Counted from the first letter of the stretch, positions 28,628 through 39,051 are shown. The stretch: 56,097 bases of DNA from an uncultured Syntrophales bacterium (GCA_964650385.1 CAZYTP010000006.1:1-56097), one strand, 5' to 3'. Notes: a model not told the origin generated them from the letters alone. A program made the numbers and translations.

Positions 28628-28798
28628 TTAAAGAAGTTGTCTTATTTATAAGCATAACGATACGAGTTCTGAGCAGATATATTTTTCACTTCTTCTCCGA
28701 TATTTATGAATTCAGTGTAGTACCACCTCAACGAGAGTTATAATAGTATTTAATTTTTAATTAAACCTTTTTCTTGAAAACTATTTGAGCTTTTTAAA

Positions 28799-30802
28799 AT
28801 GATGCCAATCTTTATAAACACTCCTGAAGAAATGGTGAAGGTGAGAGTAATAACCCTCAAGGATTCGTCCGAAAAGGCTCTCAGACACTTACAGGAAATC
28901 GGACTCCTTCACATAGAAGAATCAAAGGAATTGGAACCGGCCGATAAAGCAGCTATCGAAAGGGATAAGAATCGTGTGGAAACGGCGCTCTCCTCTATTC
29001 ACGATATTTTAAACTACCTGACAGAAGAAATAGCAGTTCTTTTACCTGAAGATATTAAACCTCATTCTCTCGATGAAATCACAGACCAGACGGACAAAGT
29101 TCATAATAGATTTTCTAAACTCACCCGAAAAACCGCCCATTTAAAAGAGGAAATTGCGAATTTTGAAGAGCTTGATAAATATCTGGGTCCCCTGGCACGC
29201 CACACAAATGTGTCTTTGAAGGATTTGCAATATTCCGGGACATATTTATTTACTAACGTCCTGGCCTTTTCCGAGGATGCTTATAAGGTATTTAGTGAGA
29301 GAGCCGGTCAGTATTTGTTCCAGCATATTGCCGTTCCAGTGGAAGGTGAGGTGGCAGTTTATTTAGTAGCCGGAACTGAAAATCGAAAAACGATAGAAAC
29401 GCTCATTAAAAACATCGGTGCAGTAACTCTGAAGATACCGGACATGGAATTATCCCTGAGGGAGTTCATAAAAGAAATTGATGAAGCAATTCGCAGCCGG
29501 AAAAAGGATCGTGATGAATTTGAAAAAGAACTCCAGAAAATGATCAAAGAGAATTTAGACCAGATTGTCTTATTCAGGGAAGTACTCGTTGCGGAAAACG
29601 AGAGGTTGTCTGTTCTTGAGCAGGCATGGAAGGCTCGGTACGTTACCTTTATCGAGGGCTGGGTGCCGCTAAGCAATGTTGATAGAGTAACTGCCGGCCT
29701 GAAAGAAACATCAGATTATGCATTTGTTGATACGAAGAAACCCGATCCTGCGGATACGCCTCCAACAAAGCTCCAAAATCCCCCAGGAATTCGACCATTC
29801 CAGGTTATTGTAAACCTTTTTAGTCTGCCCAAATATGACGATTGGGATCCCACGCCGATTGTGGCTTATTTCTTTGCCCTCTTCTTTGGCTTGATGCTCA
29901 ATGATGTCGTATATGCCGTCGGCCTCATTTTGCTGGCCAGATTTTTACTTTACAAACTCGTTGATGATCCAACCTCTGAGGAATTTTATCTGTTCCGAAA
30001 CGTTTTATACATTAGCGGCAGTGCGAGTTTCATATTCGGATCACTTTCCGGTACCTATCTTGGTGATTTCCTGAAGATGTTTTTCAACGTCGAGCTGCAA
30101 AACATCGCTCTGGTGTCGCACGTGCAAAAACACCTTTCAGATCCCATTTCATTTATTATCCTTTCACTCATAATAGGGCTTGTTCATGTAAATTCGGCTC
30201 ACATGCTCTCTCTGATCAGAGGAGTAAAGGGAAAAAACAGGGGATTAATACTGAGTAAGATCGGGCTTTTTATTTTAGAAATTTTCGGTATTCCCTATAT
30301 CTTTAATGCCCTGCTGCATGTAAAACTTATCCCGCTGAGTGCCGGAGCATATTCTGCCCTTATTTATCCCCTGTCCTTCGGTCTGACCTTAATTGTCATA
30401 GCCAGCTTCATGCAGATGGGCGGCCTGGGCGGAATTTTCTGGATTTTTGAACTGACTGGTATTATGGGAGATATCATGTCATACTCAAGACTGGCAGGAG
30501 TGGGTCTTGCTACATTTTACCTTGCCTCATCTTTTAATCTCCTTTCAGATTGGTTCTCTTCCATTATGGCAAATCTGATCCCGGGCATTGTCGGGCATAT
30601 CCTTGCTTTTCTTGTAGCAGTAGTAATACTTGTCATCTTCCATGTTTTTAATTTGCTTCTCAGCAGCCTGGCTGCTTTCATACATTCACTGAGACTATGC
30701 TTCGTAGAATTCTTACTGAAATTCTATGAAGGGGGAGGGGAAAAATATGCCCCGTTTCATCTGAGACTCCGGAAACACGTGTTGGTAGGTACAAAATCTT
30801 AA
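28799..30802 (+). CDS. atpI: A/V-type ATPase subunit I (a)
   Basis: EGWVP, PPTKLQN, PKYDDWDPT, FFGLMLND, SYSRL (essential Arg), IHSLRLCFVEF..KFYEGGG. Confidence 0.93.
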   Translation: MMPIFINTPEEMVKVRVITLKDSSEKALRHLQEIGLLHIEESKELEPADKAAIERDKNRVETALSSIHDILNYLTEEIAVLLPEDIKPHSLDEITDQTDKVHNRFSKLTRKTAHLKEEIANFEELDKYLGPLARHTNVSLKDLQYSGTYLFTNVLAFSEDAYKVFSERAGQYLFQHIAVPVEGEVAVYLVAGTENRKTIETLIKNIGAVTLKIPDMELSLREFIKEIDEAIRSRKKDRDEFEKELQKMIKENLDQIVLFREVLVAENERLSVLEQAWKARYVTFIEGWVPLSNVDRVTAGLKETSDYAFVDTKKPDPADTPPTKLQNPPGIRPFQVIVNLFSLPKYDDWDPTPIVAYFFALFFGLMLNDVVYAVGLILLARFLLYKLVDDPTSEEFYLFRNVLYISGSASFIFGSLSGTYLGDFLKMFFNVELQNIALVSHVQKHLSDPISFIILSLIIGLVHVNSAHMLSLIRGVKGKNRGLILSKIGLFILEIFGIPYIFNALLHVKLIPLSAGAYSALIYPLSFGLTLIVIASFMQMGGLGGIFWIFELTGIMGDIMSYSRLAGVGLATFYLASSFNLLSDWFSSIMANLIPGIVGHILAFLVAVVILVIFHVFNLLLSSLAAFIHSLRLCFVEFLLKFYEGGGEKYAPFHLRLRKHVLVGTKS

Positions 30803-30816
30803 AGTGAGGTGGAAAA

Positions 30817-31284
30817 ATGAATGAGTTACAAGCATTAGCTACACTTGGAGGTGCAATTGCATTAGCAGGAGGTCTGACAGGATCGGCAATAGGAATTGCC
30901 ACAGCCGCATCTGCCGGGGTAGCAACATTATCTGAAGAACCCGGTCAGTTGAGAAATGTCATAGTACTGGCATCTCTACCGATGACACAAAGCTTTTATG
31001 GATTGATTATTCTCATTATTATTCTCACTGTGGTTATTCCAAACCTGCCCGCAACCGGTGGCGCCGGAATTGCGGTGCTCGCCATCGGCGTTATCGGAGC
31101 ATTTGCTGAAGCCTTCTCAGGGGTATTCCAGGGATCTGTCTGCGCTGCAGGGATAGCTCTCCTGCCGAAGACAAAAGGACAAATATTAACTGCATCGATG
31201 ATGTTGGCCGTGTTTGTAGAACTTATTGGTGTTCTGGGATTGGTGTTCACCATCATGGCGCTGAGCATACTAAAGCTAATGTAG
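30817..31284 (+). CDS. atpK: A/V-type ATPase subunit K (c), 4-TM, single carboxylate
   Basis: GSAIGI, LPMTQSFYG, FSGVFQG, VFVELIGVLG. Confidence 0.92.
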   Translation: MNELQALATLGGAIALAGGLTGSAIGIATAASAGVATLSEEPGQLRNVIVLASLPMTQSFYGLIILIIILTVVIPNLPATGGAGIAVLAIGVIGAFAEAFSGVFQGSVCAAGIALLPKTKGQILTASMMLAVFVELIGVLGLVFTIMALSILKLM

Positions 31285-31305
31285 CGGGATGCAGGAGTAA
31301 ACATT

Positions 31306-31902
31306 ATGGAAACTGACAAAATAAGGAAAGCTATTCTTGACAAGGCAAAAGAAGATGCCGACAAAATTATAAGCGACGCTGAGATTAAGGCGAAAGAATC
31401 AATTGAAAAAGCTGAAGGGCAAAAGGAGCAACAGTGCGAGGATGAAAAGAAAAAAATCATATCGGAAGCCCGTCGAGAGGCGTCCAGGATCCTGGCCCAG
31501 GCTTCTCTTAAGTCCCGGCAGGAAATATTGAAGGAAAAGGATGCTGTTATCAATAAAATCATAAAAATGGTAAAGGACGAATTATTACAGGAAGAACAGG
31601 GTAGTGAAATATTTATTCATCTTATTGAAGAAGCGATTGATGCCTTAAAAAGTGAAGATAAAATAAGACTTCTTGTCTCTCATAAAGACCTTGACATTGT
31701 CCGGAAAGTTATTGAGGAGAACAGCAGTTTAAAAGAAAAAATAGCTGAACTTGCAGGTATTGATTGTATCGGCGGAATTATGATTGAGACTATCAACGGT
31801 ATGGTCAGTATCGATAACACTTTCGATACCAGGCTTGAGATGCTAATGCCCAAAATTTTGCCGGAAATCGGCAAAAACCTCTTTGGAGTTAATGAAAATT
31901 GA
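31306..31902 (+). CDS. atpE: A/V-type ATPase subunit E
   Basis: Coiled-coil N-terminus; IGGIMI...IDNTFDTRL. Confidence 0.88.
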   Translation: METDKIRKAILDKAKEDADKIISDAEIKAKESIEKAEGQKEQQCEDEKKKIISEARREASRILAQASLKSRQEILKEKDAVINKIIKMVKDELLQEEQGSEIFIHLIEEAIDALKSEDKIRLLVSHKDLDIVRKVIEENSSLKEKIAELAGIDCIGGIMIETINGMVSIDNTFDTRLEMLMPKILPEIGKNLFGVNEN

Positions 31903-32939
31903 ATTTGGTGAGCACCAGTTATGCATTTACATCGGCCTACCTGAAGGGCAAGGAATCAAAATGCATGTCCGTCGGCCATATCGACAGCATGTTCCAAAAG
32001 ACGACCATTCAGGACGCACTCGAAGTTATCATAAATACCGACATTGGTGATTATCTACACACAAAACCAATTGAAACCTTTGATGACTCCGATGAATACC
32101 TGTGGAAATATCTTGGTGAATGTCTGCAAGATATTAAAAGGTTTAAAATTCCTTATGACATCGCCCGTCTATCCGATGTATATATGAAAAAATACGATGT
32201 CCTGAACATAAAAATCGCCCTGAGGCAGATTTTAATGGAAAAAACCTCTCCCCTGGTACCGTTGGGTACCATTCATGATAAGGGATGTATAAAAGAATTA
32301 TCAGGCACAAAAAGTATCAGTGAAATAGTTGTCGTTCTTGGAAAATGCGGCCTGAACGATTATGCCTCAGCTATAAAGGACACTAAAGAGAAAGACAGGG
32401 CATCTGTGCTTCAGGCGGAAATCGCCATGAATAGAAATTACTACGGCAGTATGTTAGATGCGATGAAGAAAATGAACGACGGGTATATACTTGCCAAAGC
32501 CATGGGGATAATAATTGATCTCGTAAATCTTCAGATGGTTTTTCGATTCGCCACAGGAAAGATCGAATTTGTAGCTGATGACTATGTCATTGAGGGAGGA
32601 CACACGCTTTCAGGCGATACCATTAAAAAGTTGCTTCTGTTGAAAATACCCGAAACAATATCCAGATTGGAGAATACTGAATACCACCTGATGGCCCAAG
32701 AGGTTCACAAAAACTATGAAAATGAAAAAGTCGTTACGGTTGTAGACGAGGTCATAGAAAAGCATAAGCTTACATTGTTAAGAGAATTGCTGTCACCGAG
32801 GATATTGTCTACTTCTAACATGCTCTGGTATTTAATTTTAAAGGAGCTGGAAATGCGTAATTTAAGGATTATCCTGAAGGCATTGACAGCCGGCATACCG
32901 TCATCAGACATTAGAAATTATCTGGTAATTGCATCATGA
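31899..32939 (+). CDS. atpC: A/V-type ATPase subunit C (d)
   Basis: YAFTSAYLKG, YDVLNIKIALR, IDLVNL, YLILKELEMRNLRII; TTG start overlapping the atpE stop. Confidence 0.85.
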   Translation: MNLVSTSYAFTSAYLKGKESKCMSVGHIDSMFQKTTIQDALEVIINTDIGDYLHTKPIETFDDSDEYLWKYLGECLQDIKRFKIPYDIARLSDVYMKKYDVLNIKIALRQILMEKTSPLVPLGTIHDKGCIKELSGTKSISEIVVVLGKCGLNDYASAIKDTKEKDRASVLQAEIAMNRNYYGSMLDAMKKMNDGYILAKAMGIIIDLVNLQMVFRFATGKIEFVADDYVIEGGHTLSGDTIKKLLLLKIPETISRLENTEYHLMAQEVHKNYENEKVVTVVDEVIEKHKLTLLRELLSPRILSTSNMLWYLILKELEMRNLRIILKALTAGIPSSDIRNYLVIAS

Positions 32940-33289
32940 TGTCACTGCAAAATTTAGATATTGCCGTTGTGGGAAATGAAGATCAGGTCGCGCTTATGCG
33001 GCTCGCCGGCGTTGAAAAGTATCAGGTAATAGAAGATGATCCGCAGATTCGTGAAAAGGTGCGAGAGGCGTTACAGGAATTTATTGACGATACCTCGACC
33101 GGAATAATTATAATACCGGACGACTGGAAAAGTTATGTAGATGATATCCTGAAATACGTCGGCGAAAGTAAGAAGATAACCCCTATTATAATTGAAATTC
33201 CTTCAAAATTTACAACAGAAAAAGAAGATGTGAGAGAATTTTATAAATCTTATGCTAAAAAGCTATTAGGATTTTCCATAGAAATCTAA
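32936..33289 (+). CDS. atpF: A/V-type ATPase subunit F
   Basis: IAVVGNED..ALMRLAGV, GIIII, PIIIEIP, LLGFSI. Confidence 0.88.
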   Translation: MMSLQNLDIAVVGNEDQVALMRLAGVEKYQVIEDDPQIREKVREALQEFIDDTSTGIIIIPDDWKSYVDDILKYVGESKKITPIIIEIPSKFTTEKEDVREFYKSYAKKLLGFSIEI

Positions 33290-33349
33290 AAAGCGATTTG
33301 TCCGGTTTATCTGATTAATCGGACAAACCAAACAAGAAAGGCATGACCA

Positions 33350-35101
33350 ATGGGTAAAATCTGGAGAGTCTCAGGACCCGTCGTAATCGCGGAAGACATG
33401 CGAGGATCCAAGGTATACGAAGTTGTTGATGTGGGCGAGGCAAGGCTAACCGGAGAAATAATCGGACTTGAACAGGATAAGGCGGTTATCCAGGTCTATG
33501 AGGATACCGTTGGGCTTCGCGTCGGAGAACCGGTAGAAGGAACCGGGGAGATATTGATGGTGGAGCTCGGCCCGGGTCTCGTCGGGAGCATCTTTGACGG
33601 TGTTCAAAGATCTCTTGTTACGATGATGGAAGATATCGGTGATTTCCTTGAAAGAGGGGCACGCACATTCCCCCTTGACCGGGACAAAAAATGGCATTTT
33701 ACACCTTCAGTAAAGGCCGGCGATCAGGTCGAAGAAGGTGATATTATCGGTACAGTTCCCGAAACGGGGCTCGTAGAACACAGAATAATGATACCGATAG
33801 GTATTAAGGGCAAACTGCTGGAGATATCTGAAGGCGACTACACGATAGAAGAGCCGGTTGCAGTTGTAGAATATGACGGAGAAAGAAAAAATATTACACT
33901 TATGCAACGATGGCCGGCAAGGAAGCCACGGCTCTACAAGCAAAGGTTGGATCCCGAGAATCTGCTCGTCACAGGAACCCGAATTATAGATTACATTTTT
34001 CCCCTTGCATTAGGGGGCAAGGCAGCTATACCGGGGGGCTTCGGTACCGGTAAAACAGTAACCCTTCAACAGATGGCAAGATGGGCTCAAACACAGTTAA
34101 ATATCTATGTAGGTTGCGGTGAACGGGGAAACGAAATGGCGGACGTCCTCCATAGCTTCAAACAACTGAAAGACCCTAACACTGGAAAATTATTGCAGGA
34201 GAAAGAAATTTTCATTGCTAATACATCCAATATGCCTGTTGTGGCAAGGGAAATAAGCATTTTCATAGGTATTACCTTAGCTGAATATTACAGAGACATG
34301 GGGTACGATATTCTCCTCGTTGCAGATTCAACTTCGCGGTGGGCTGAGGCAATGAGAGAAATTGGGGCAAGACTCGAAGAAACACCCGGTGAAGAAGGAT
34401 TCCCCACATACCTGGGTTCAAGACTTGCGTCATTTTATGAAAGATCGGGCAGGGTCGAATGCAAGGGAAGTCCTTCAAGGAATGGTTCGATTACTGTAAT
34501 CGGGGCAGTAAGTCCTCCGGGGGCTGACTTCAGCGAGCCGGTTACCCAAAGTACCCTGAGGATCGTTGAAGCACTCTATTCCCTGGATGTCGCTCTGGCA
34601 AATAAGCGACATTTTCCCACGATAAGCTGGCTTACCAGCTACAGTCTCTATGCTGATGCAACCAGCAGTTGGTGGAGCTCTATCAGCACTGACTGGTCAG
34701 AAACAAGGGACATGGCACTCAAAATACTTCAGAAAGAGGCAGAACTGGAAGAGATCGTGCGGCTTGTTGGCCCGGAGTCTTTACCTGAAGATGATAAGTT
34801 GGTTCTTCTTGCCGCAAGGATGATAAGGGAAGATTTTCTTATGCAGAATGCCTACCATCCGGTTGACACTTATACGACCCCCCAAAGGGCTCATATGATG
34901 CTGAGTACGATTATGAAGTTTTACGAATTAGCCCGGGAAATGTCTGCATCGGGTACGTTAGTGAGCGATATCGCCTCGTCAAAAACACTGCAGAGAATAT
35001 CCCGGATGAAGGATGTCCCGAATGAGGATTTTGATGACTATGTGAAAAACATATTGTCTGAAATAGAAGAAACTACGAAGGTTGAAGAAGGAATGATATG
35101 A
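33350..35101 (+). CDS. atpA: A/V-type ATPase catalytic subunit A (no intein)
   Basis: GGFGTGKT (Walker A), GCGERGNE, ANTSNMPVVARE, ADSTSRWAEA, YERSG, VSPPGADFSEPV. Confidence 0.97.
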   Translation: MGKIWRVSGPVVIAEDMRGSKVYEVVDVGEARLTGEIIGLEQDKAVIQVYEDTVGLRVGEPVEGTGEILMVELGPGLVGSIFDGVQRSLVTMMEDIGDFLERGARTFPLDRDKKWHFTPSVKAGDQVEEGDIIGTVPETGLVEHRIMIPIGIKGKLLEISEGDYTIEEPVAVVEYDGERKNITLMQRWPARKPRLYKQRLDPENLLVTGTRIIDYIFPLALGGKAAIPGGFGTGKTVTLQQMARWAQTQLNIYVGCGERGNEMADVLHSFKQLKDPNTGKLLQEKEIFIANTSNMPVVAREISIFIGITLAEYYRDMGYDILLVADSTSRWAEAMREIGARLEETPGEEGFPTYLGSRLASFYERSGRVECKGSPSRNGSITVIGAVSPPGADFSEPVTQSTLRIVEALYSLDVALANKRHFPTISWLTSYSLYADATSSWWSSISTDWSETRDMALKILQKEAELEEIVRLVGPESLPEDDKLVLLAARMIREDFLMQNAYHPVDTYTTPQRAHMMLSTIMKFYELAREMSASGTLVSDIASSKTLQRISRMKDVPNEDFDDYVKNILSEIEETTKVEEGMI

Positions 35102-36501
35102 TGGAATCCCTCCAACTGTTTACACGGGAGACAAAAGCGATCAGTACTGCAAGAAGGTCACTCCTCGTCATTGAGAGTATCCCCGGTATCAGATTCAATG
35201 AGATTGTCGATGTTCAATTAGGTACCGGTGAAATGAGAAGTGGGCAGGTCATCGAGGTAGGCAAGAAGATGACAGTAGTCCAGGTATTTGGCGGCGTCAG
35301 CGAGGTTGACCTCTTAAGAAGCAAAGTAAGATACAAGGGTGAAACCCTGAAACTGCCCGTCTCTGCCGACATACTGGGCAGGTTGTTCGATGGAAGCGGG
35401 AGTCCCATTGATGGTGGTCCTCTTATTGTACCAGAGGACTACATTGATATTAACGGAGTACCTATAAACCCGGCATCCCGGCAGCCGCCTGAAGAATTCA
35501 TCGAAACAGGTATTTCCGCTATTGACGGTCTTAACGTTCTTGTCAGGGGCCAGAAATTGCCGATCTTCAGCGGATCGGGCTTGCCTCACAATAAGATCGC
35601 AGCTCAGATAATAAGGCAGGCTTCCTTAAAAGGAAAAGAAGGGGATTTTGCAATTGTTTTCGCAGCAATAGGAGTAAGTTATGACGATGCCGCCTATTTT
35701 ATTTCGAATCTCGAAGAGACCGGCGCGCTCAGCAGATCGGTTGGATTCATCAATACGGCATCTTCTCCGGTAATCGAACGATTATCGACCCCCCGTTTTG
35801 CCTTAACTGCAGCCGAATATCTTGCATGGGAACATGACCTGCATGTGCTGGTTATACTCACCGATATCACGAATTATTGTGACGCGCTTCGCGAGCTTGC
35901 TGCTATGAGAGGGGAAATACCGAGCAGAAGGGGCTATCCGGGATATATGTACACAGATCTTTCCTCCATGTATGAACGGGCCGGTAGAATCACCGGGAGA
36001 AAAGGGTCGGTAACGATCTTGCCCATTTTGACCATGCCCGACGATGACATTACCCATCCCATACCTGACCTTACAGGATACATTACTGAAGGGCAGATCG
36101 TCCTTTCCAGGGCTCTTGAGAGAAAGAGAATATATCCGCCGATCGATATATTTTTGTCCCTGTCACGAATGATGCGAGAGGGGATAGGGGAGGGAAAAAC
36201 GAGAGAAGACCATAATAATGTATTTATGCAGGCATATGCAGTTTATGCAGAGGGGAACTATCTAAGGGAAATCTCAACTGTTATCGGAGCTGAATCCTTG
36301 AGCGACAGGGATAAAATTTACCTTGCCGCTGCTGATAGATTCGAGGAGGAATATATTTCCCAGAGTGAAAATGAAAGAAGAACAGTTGAGGAAACGCTGG
36401 AGAGGGCATGGAAAATTTTTTCGATGATTCCCGTTGAAGATCTGAAATTGATAAGCGAAGAGTTCATCGGAAAATACCTGCCCGAAACATCACAACCTTG
36501 A
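35098..36501 (+). CDS. atpB: A/V-type ATPase subunit B
   Basis: TGISAIDG, RGQKLPIFSGSGLPHN, TAAEYLA, RRGYPGYMYTDL, HPIPDLTGYITEGQI. Confidence 0.97.
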   Translation: MMESLQLFTRETKAISTARRSLLVIESIPGIRFNEIVDVQLGTGEMRSGQVIEVGKKMTVVQVFGGVSEVDLLRSKVRYKGETLKLPVSADILGRLFDGSGSPIDGGPLIVPEDYIDINGVPINPASRQPPEEFIETGISAIDGLNVLVRGQKLPIFSGSGLPHNKIAAQIIRQASLKGKEGDFAIVFAAIGVSYDDAAYFISNLEETGALSRSVGFINTASSPVIERLSTPRFALTAAEYLAWEHDLHVLVILTDITNYCDALRELAAMRGEIPSRRGYPGYMYTDLSSMYERAGRITGRKGSVTILPILTMPDDDITHPIPDLTGYITEGQIVLSRALERKRIYPPIDIFLSLSRMMREGIGEGKTREDHNNVFMQAYAVYAEGNYLREISTVIGAESLSDRDKIYLAAADRFEEEYISQSENERRTVEETLERAWKIFSMIPVEDLKLISEEFIGKYLPETSQP

Positions 36502-36613
36502 TGCCACACCCCGACGTTAGAATAAATAGACCGTCTGCCGAATTTGCCCCTGTATTGTTTGACCGTGCAGCAAATTAGGCGGGCAGAAAACTTCACCTTA
36601 CTTAAGGTACGCT

Positions 36614-37264
36614 ATGGCTAAAAAAGTACAGATTACAAGGCCGACCAAGATTGAACTTGCCCGTCTCAAACACCGGTTCAAGTTGGCTACAAGAATCCAA
36701 AAGATTATCAAGGACAGGCTCTCAATATTAATCATGGAACTGCTTCAAACAGTAAGAGAATGCGCATCTGTTAAAGACAGACTCCTCGTAGAATTCTCAG
36801 AAGCTTATAAAGCATTGTCCTTAACTGCCGGGTATCACGGATACACATCTCTAAAAAAGGACCTCCTTTTAACTGAAATGGCCCTGAAGGTTAACGCCGG
36901 ATCAAGAAATGTCGCCGGGGTCAGAATGCCATTTTTAGAAATTGAGAAAGCGGATGCAATGAAAGCAGAGACGAAGAATATGGCAGATACTTCCTCATTT
37001 CTGGATCACAGCACCGAACTTTCCCAAAAATGCCTGAAGACCATCATTGAACTGGCCGAACTTCAAAAATCCATGGAGCTTTTAGGGATGGAGATCAACA
37101 AGGTAAAAAGAATAAACAATGCCCTCGAGCATGTCGTAGTCCCGGGCCTTGATATGACCATAAAGTATTTAACCATGAAATTTGAAGAAAGAGACAGGGA
37201 AGAGGCTGCTCGTCTCAAACGTGTAAAGTTACTTATCGAACAGAGAGAAGCCTATGCCTACTGA
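36614..37264 (+). CDS. atpD: A/V-type ATPase subunit D
   Basis: PTKIEL, NVAGVRMP, KRINNALEHVVVP, EERDREE..RLK. Confidence 0.92.
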   Translation: MAKKVQITRPTKIELARLKHRFKLATRIQKIIKDRLSILIMELLQTVRECASVKDRLLVEFSEAYKALSLTAGYHGYTSLKKDLLLTEMALKVNAGSRNVAGVRMPFLEIEKADAMKAETKNMADTSSFLDHSTELSQKCLKTIIELAELQKSMELLGMEINKVKRINNALEHVVVPGLDMTIKYLTMKFEERDREEAARLKRVKLLIEQREAYAY

Positions 37265-37688
37265 TCAATCTCCCGATGGATTCGTTGCGGGATACCTGAA
37301 AAACGAATTCAAAGCTTTAAATGCACAGATCCCGCGTAAACGGAAATCGCTCACCGAACTCCTGAAGGAAGAACACCCCCACGTGGCATGTAATGACGGG
37401 AGCGCACATTTTTTTAAGAAAAAGGAACTTGAGTATCTTTCGCAAATGCTATACGAGAATGAACAAACTTCTCTATTACTTCCAATAATTATAGAAATTA
37501 TTTCGGATCAAGGCTGGGTGACCGTAAGGTCAAAAGGGGAAGCAGAAGCAAAGATATTTTCGAAGATTCTTGACATGAATGTGGTCTGCAAAGATGGTTT
37601 AATAACAATATTTAGACCTCAGTTAACGATTGTTAGAAAGGTGTTAAAAACAACTACACAGTATGTCTTTCTTTTTAAAAATCCCTGA
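37254..37688 (+). CDS. DUF61/UPF0216 family protein (mostly archaeal)
   Basis: LNAQIPRKRKSLTELLKEEHPHV..NDGSAHFFKKKELEYL, LPIIIE, TTTQYVF; follows atpD. Confidence 0.75.
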   Translation: MPTDQSPDGFVAGYLKNEFKALNAQIPRKRKSLTELLKEEHPHVACNDGSAHFFKKKELEYLSQMLYENEQTSLLLPIIIEIISDQGWVTVRSKGEAEAKIFSKILDMNVVCKDGLITIFRPQLTIVRKVLKTTTQYVFLFKNP

Positions 37689-37741
37689 GGATTTCTGCTG
37701 AAAAGATGAAATAAAAAAATCAATGGCCGGAGGATTTTCTT

Positions 37742-38053
37742 ATGCCCGAAGAAATGCAAACTACGATAAGAGAGATTGAAAGCGAAGCTGAGAAGCTCCT
37801 TGATGAAGCCAGGGTTAAAGCCAGACAAGTGCTGGAAGATGCCAAAAAAAAGGCCGGCAAAATACAGTCTTCAGAGTTTCCTATGGATGAAATCACAGCG
37901 GAACGGGATAAAATAATTAACTCAGCTAAAGAAGAAGCAGATAAACAGATTGAGGATTCAAAGAAGAAGGCTCTACAGATTAAGGCAGATGCACAAGCGA
38001 AAACCGGTGAAACTGTAAATATGGTAGTGGATTACCTCAAGGGTAATCATTAA
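37742..38053 (+). CDS. Probable A/V-type ATPase subunit H/G (stator)
   Basis: 103-aa Glu/Lys/Ala coiled coil (IREIESEAEKLLDEARVKA); the only stator subunit otherwise missing from the operon. Confidence 0.65.
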   Translation: MPEEMQTTIREIESEAEKLLDEARVKARQVLEDAKKKAGKIQSSEFPMDEITAERDKIINSAKEEADKQIEDSKKKALQIKADAQAKTGETVNMVVDYLKGNH

Positions 38054-38084
38054 TAAGAAAGAAGACCTGGCAATAAAAGGAATT

Positions 38085-39041
38085 ATGACCAAGAAAGCGA
38101 CAGGAGATCAGTTTTACGATCTTGCCGATGAATACATGAGAGAAAAGCGCTATGAAGATGCTGCTGTCCTCTATGAAAAATTGGTGGATATGAATCCCGG
38201 TGAAAATTCCCTTATCATGTCTCTGGCCTGGGCATACAGAGAAAGCAGGAGATTGGAAGATGCCGTTGGATGTCTCGAGACACTTTTTGAAAAAGAACTG
38301 AGAGGGAAGGTTTTTATCGGGTTTGCATTTGACGAACTGGTTAGAATGTTCGTGCATGAAGGAAAACATGACAAACTTGTCGATGTCTGTGAGAAGGCAG
38401 TTGCTGCCCAGCCAGAGGATGTTAATCTGCTCTCTACTCTCGGCAATGCATATTTGAGGGCTGATCACGCATATAAGGCCGTTGAGGTCTTCAAAAAGGT
38501 CATTCGTATGGAACCCGATTCTCCCGCATTTTTCATTAACTTCGGGAATGTCCTTGTTGCCGCTGGAGACCTCGACGGCGCTGAGAACGCTTACAATAAG
38601 GCTGTTGCCATCGACCCCCCGGAGGCTCCTCTTTTTTATAACAGGCTCGGGAATGTCTATTACAAGGCAGGGCAGTATGAAAGGGCTGAAAAGGCTTACA
38701 GAAAATCCCTGAAACATAGGTCTGACAGTTCACTTTGTTACTGCGATCTCGGTGATGTACTGGTTAAGCAGGGGAAATTTGAGGAGGCGAACACTGCTTA
38801 CGAAAATGCCATCAGAATAAATCCTGAATCAGCAGCTATTTTCTATAACAGGTTCGGAAACACACTGGCAACGGAGATGCATCATCGTCAGGCAATAGAT
38901 ATTTTCGAAAAGGCAATCATCGCAGATCCACAAAACCCATTCTATTATCTACGACTTGCTGAATCCTGCACGACCGAGGGTTTTACTGAAGCAGCTGAAA
39001 AAGCCCTGCAAAAGGCTGGATTACTAAAAGAGACACCCTGA
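38085..39041 (+). CDS. Tetratricopeptide repeat protein
   Basis: Repeated LGNAY/FGNVL/LGNVY/LGDVL ... A...YxKAxxxxP units. Confidence 0.9.
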   Translation: MTKKATGDQFYDLADEYMREKRYEDAAVLYEKLVDMNPGENSLIMSLAWAYRESRRLEDAVGCLETLFEKELRGKVFIGFAFDELVRMFVHEGKHDKLVDVCEKAVAAQPEDVNLLSTLGNAYLRADHAYKAVEVFKKVIRMEPDSPAFFINFGNVLVAAGDLDGAENAYNKAVAIDPPEAPLFYNRLGNVYYKAGQYERAEKAYRKSLKHRSDSSLCYCDLGDVLVKQGKFEEANTAYENAIRINPESAAIFYNRFGNTLATEMHHRQAIDIFEKAIIADPQNPFYYLRLAESCTTEGFTEAAEKALQKAGLLKETP

Positions 39042-39051
39042 TTTTCAGTAA

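Noticed and set aside
28464-28798. Na+-sensing or other riboswitch in the ATPase leader
   Set aside because: AT-rich with no recognisable conserved structure; an Rfam scan would be needed to exclude it formally.
38037-38717. 226-aa antisense ORF, and other long shadow ORFs such as 30996-31562 and 1338-1868
   Set aside because: Antisense to well-supported genes, with no motifs or RBS.
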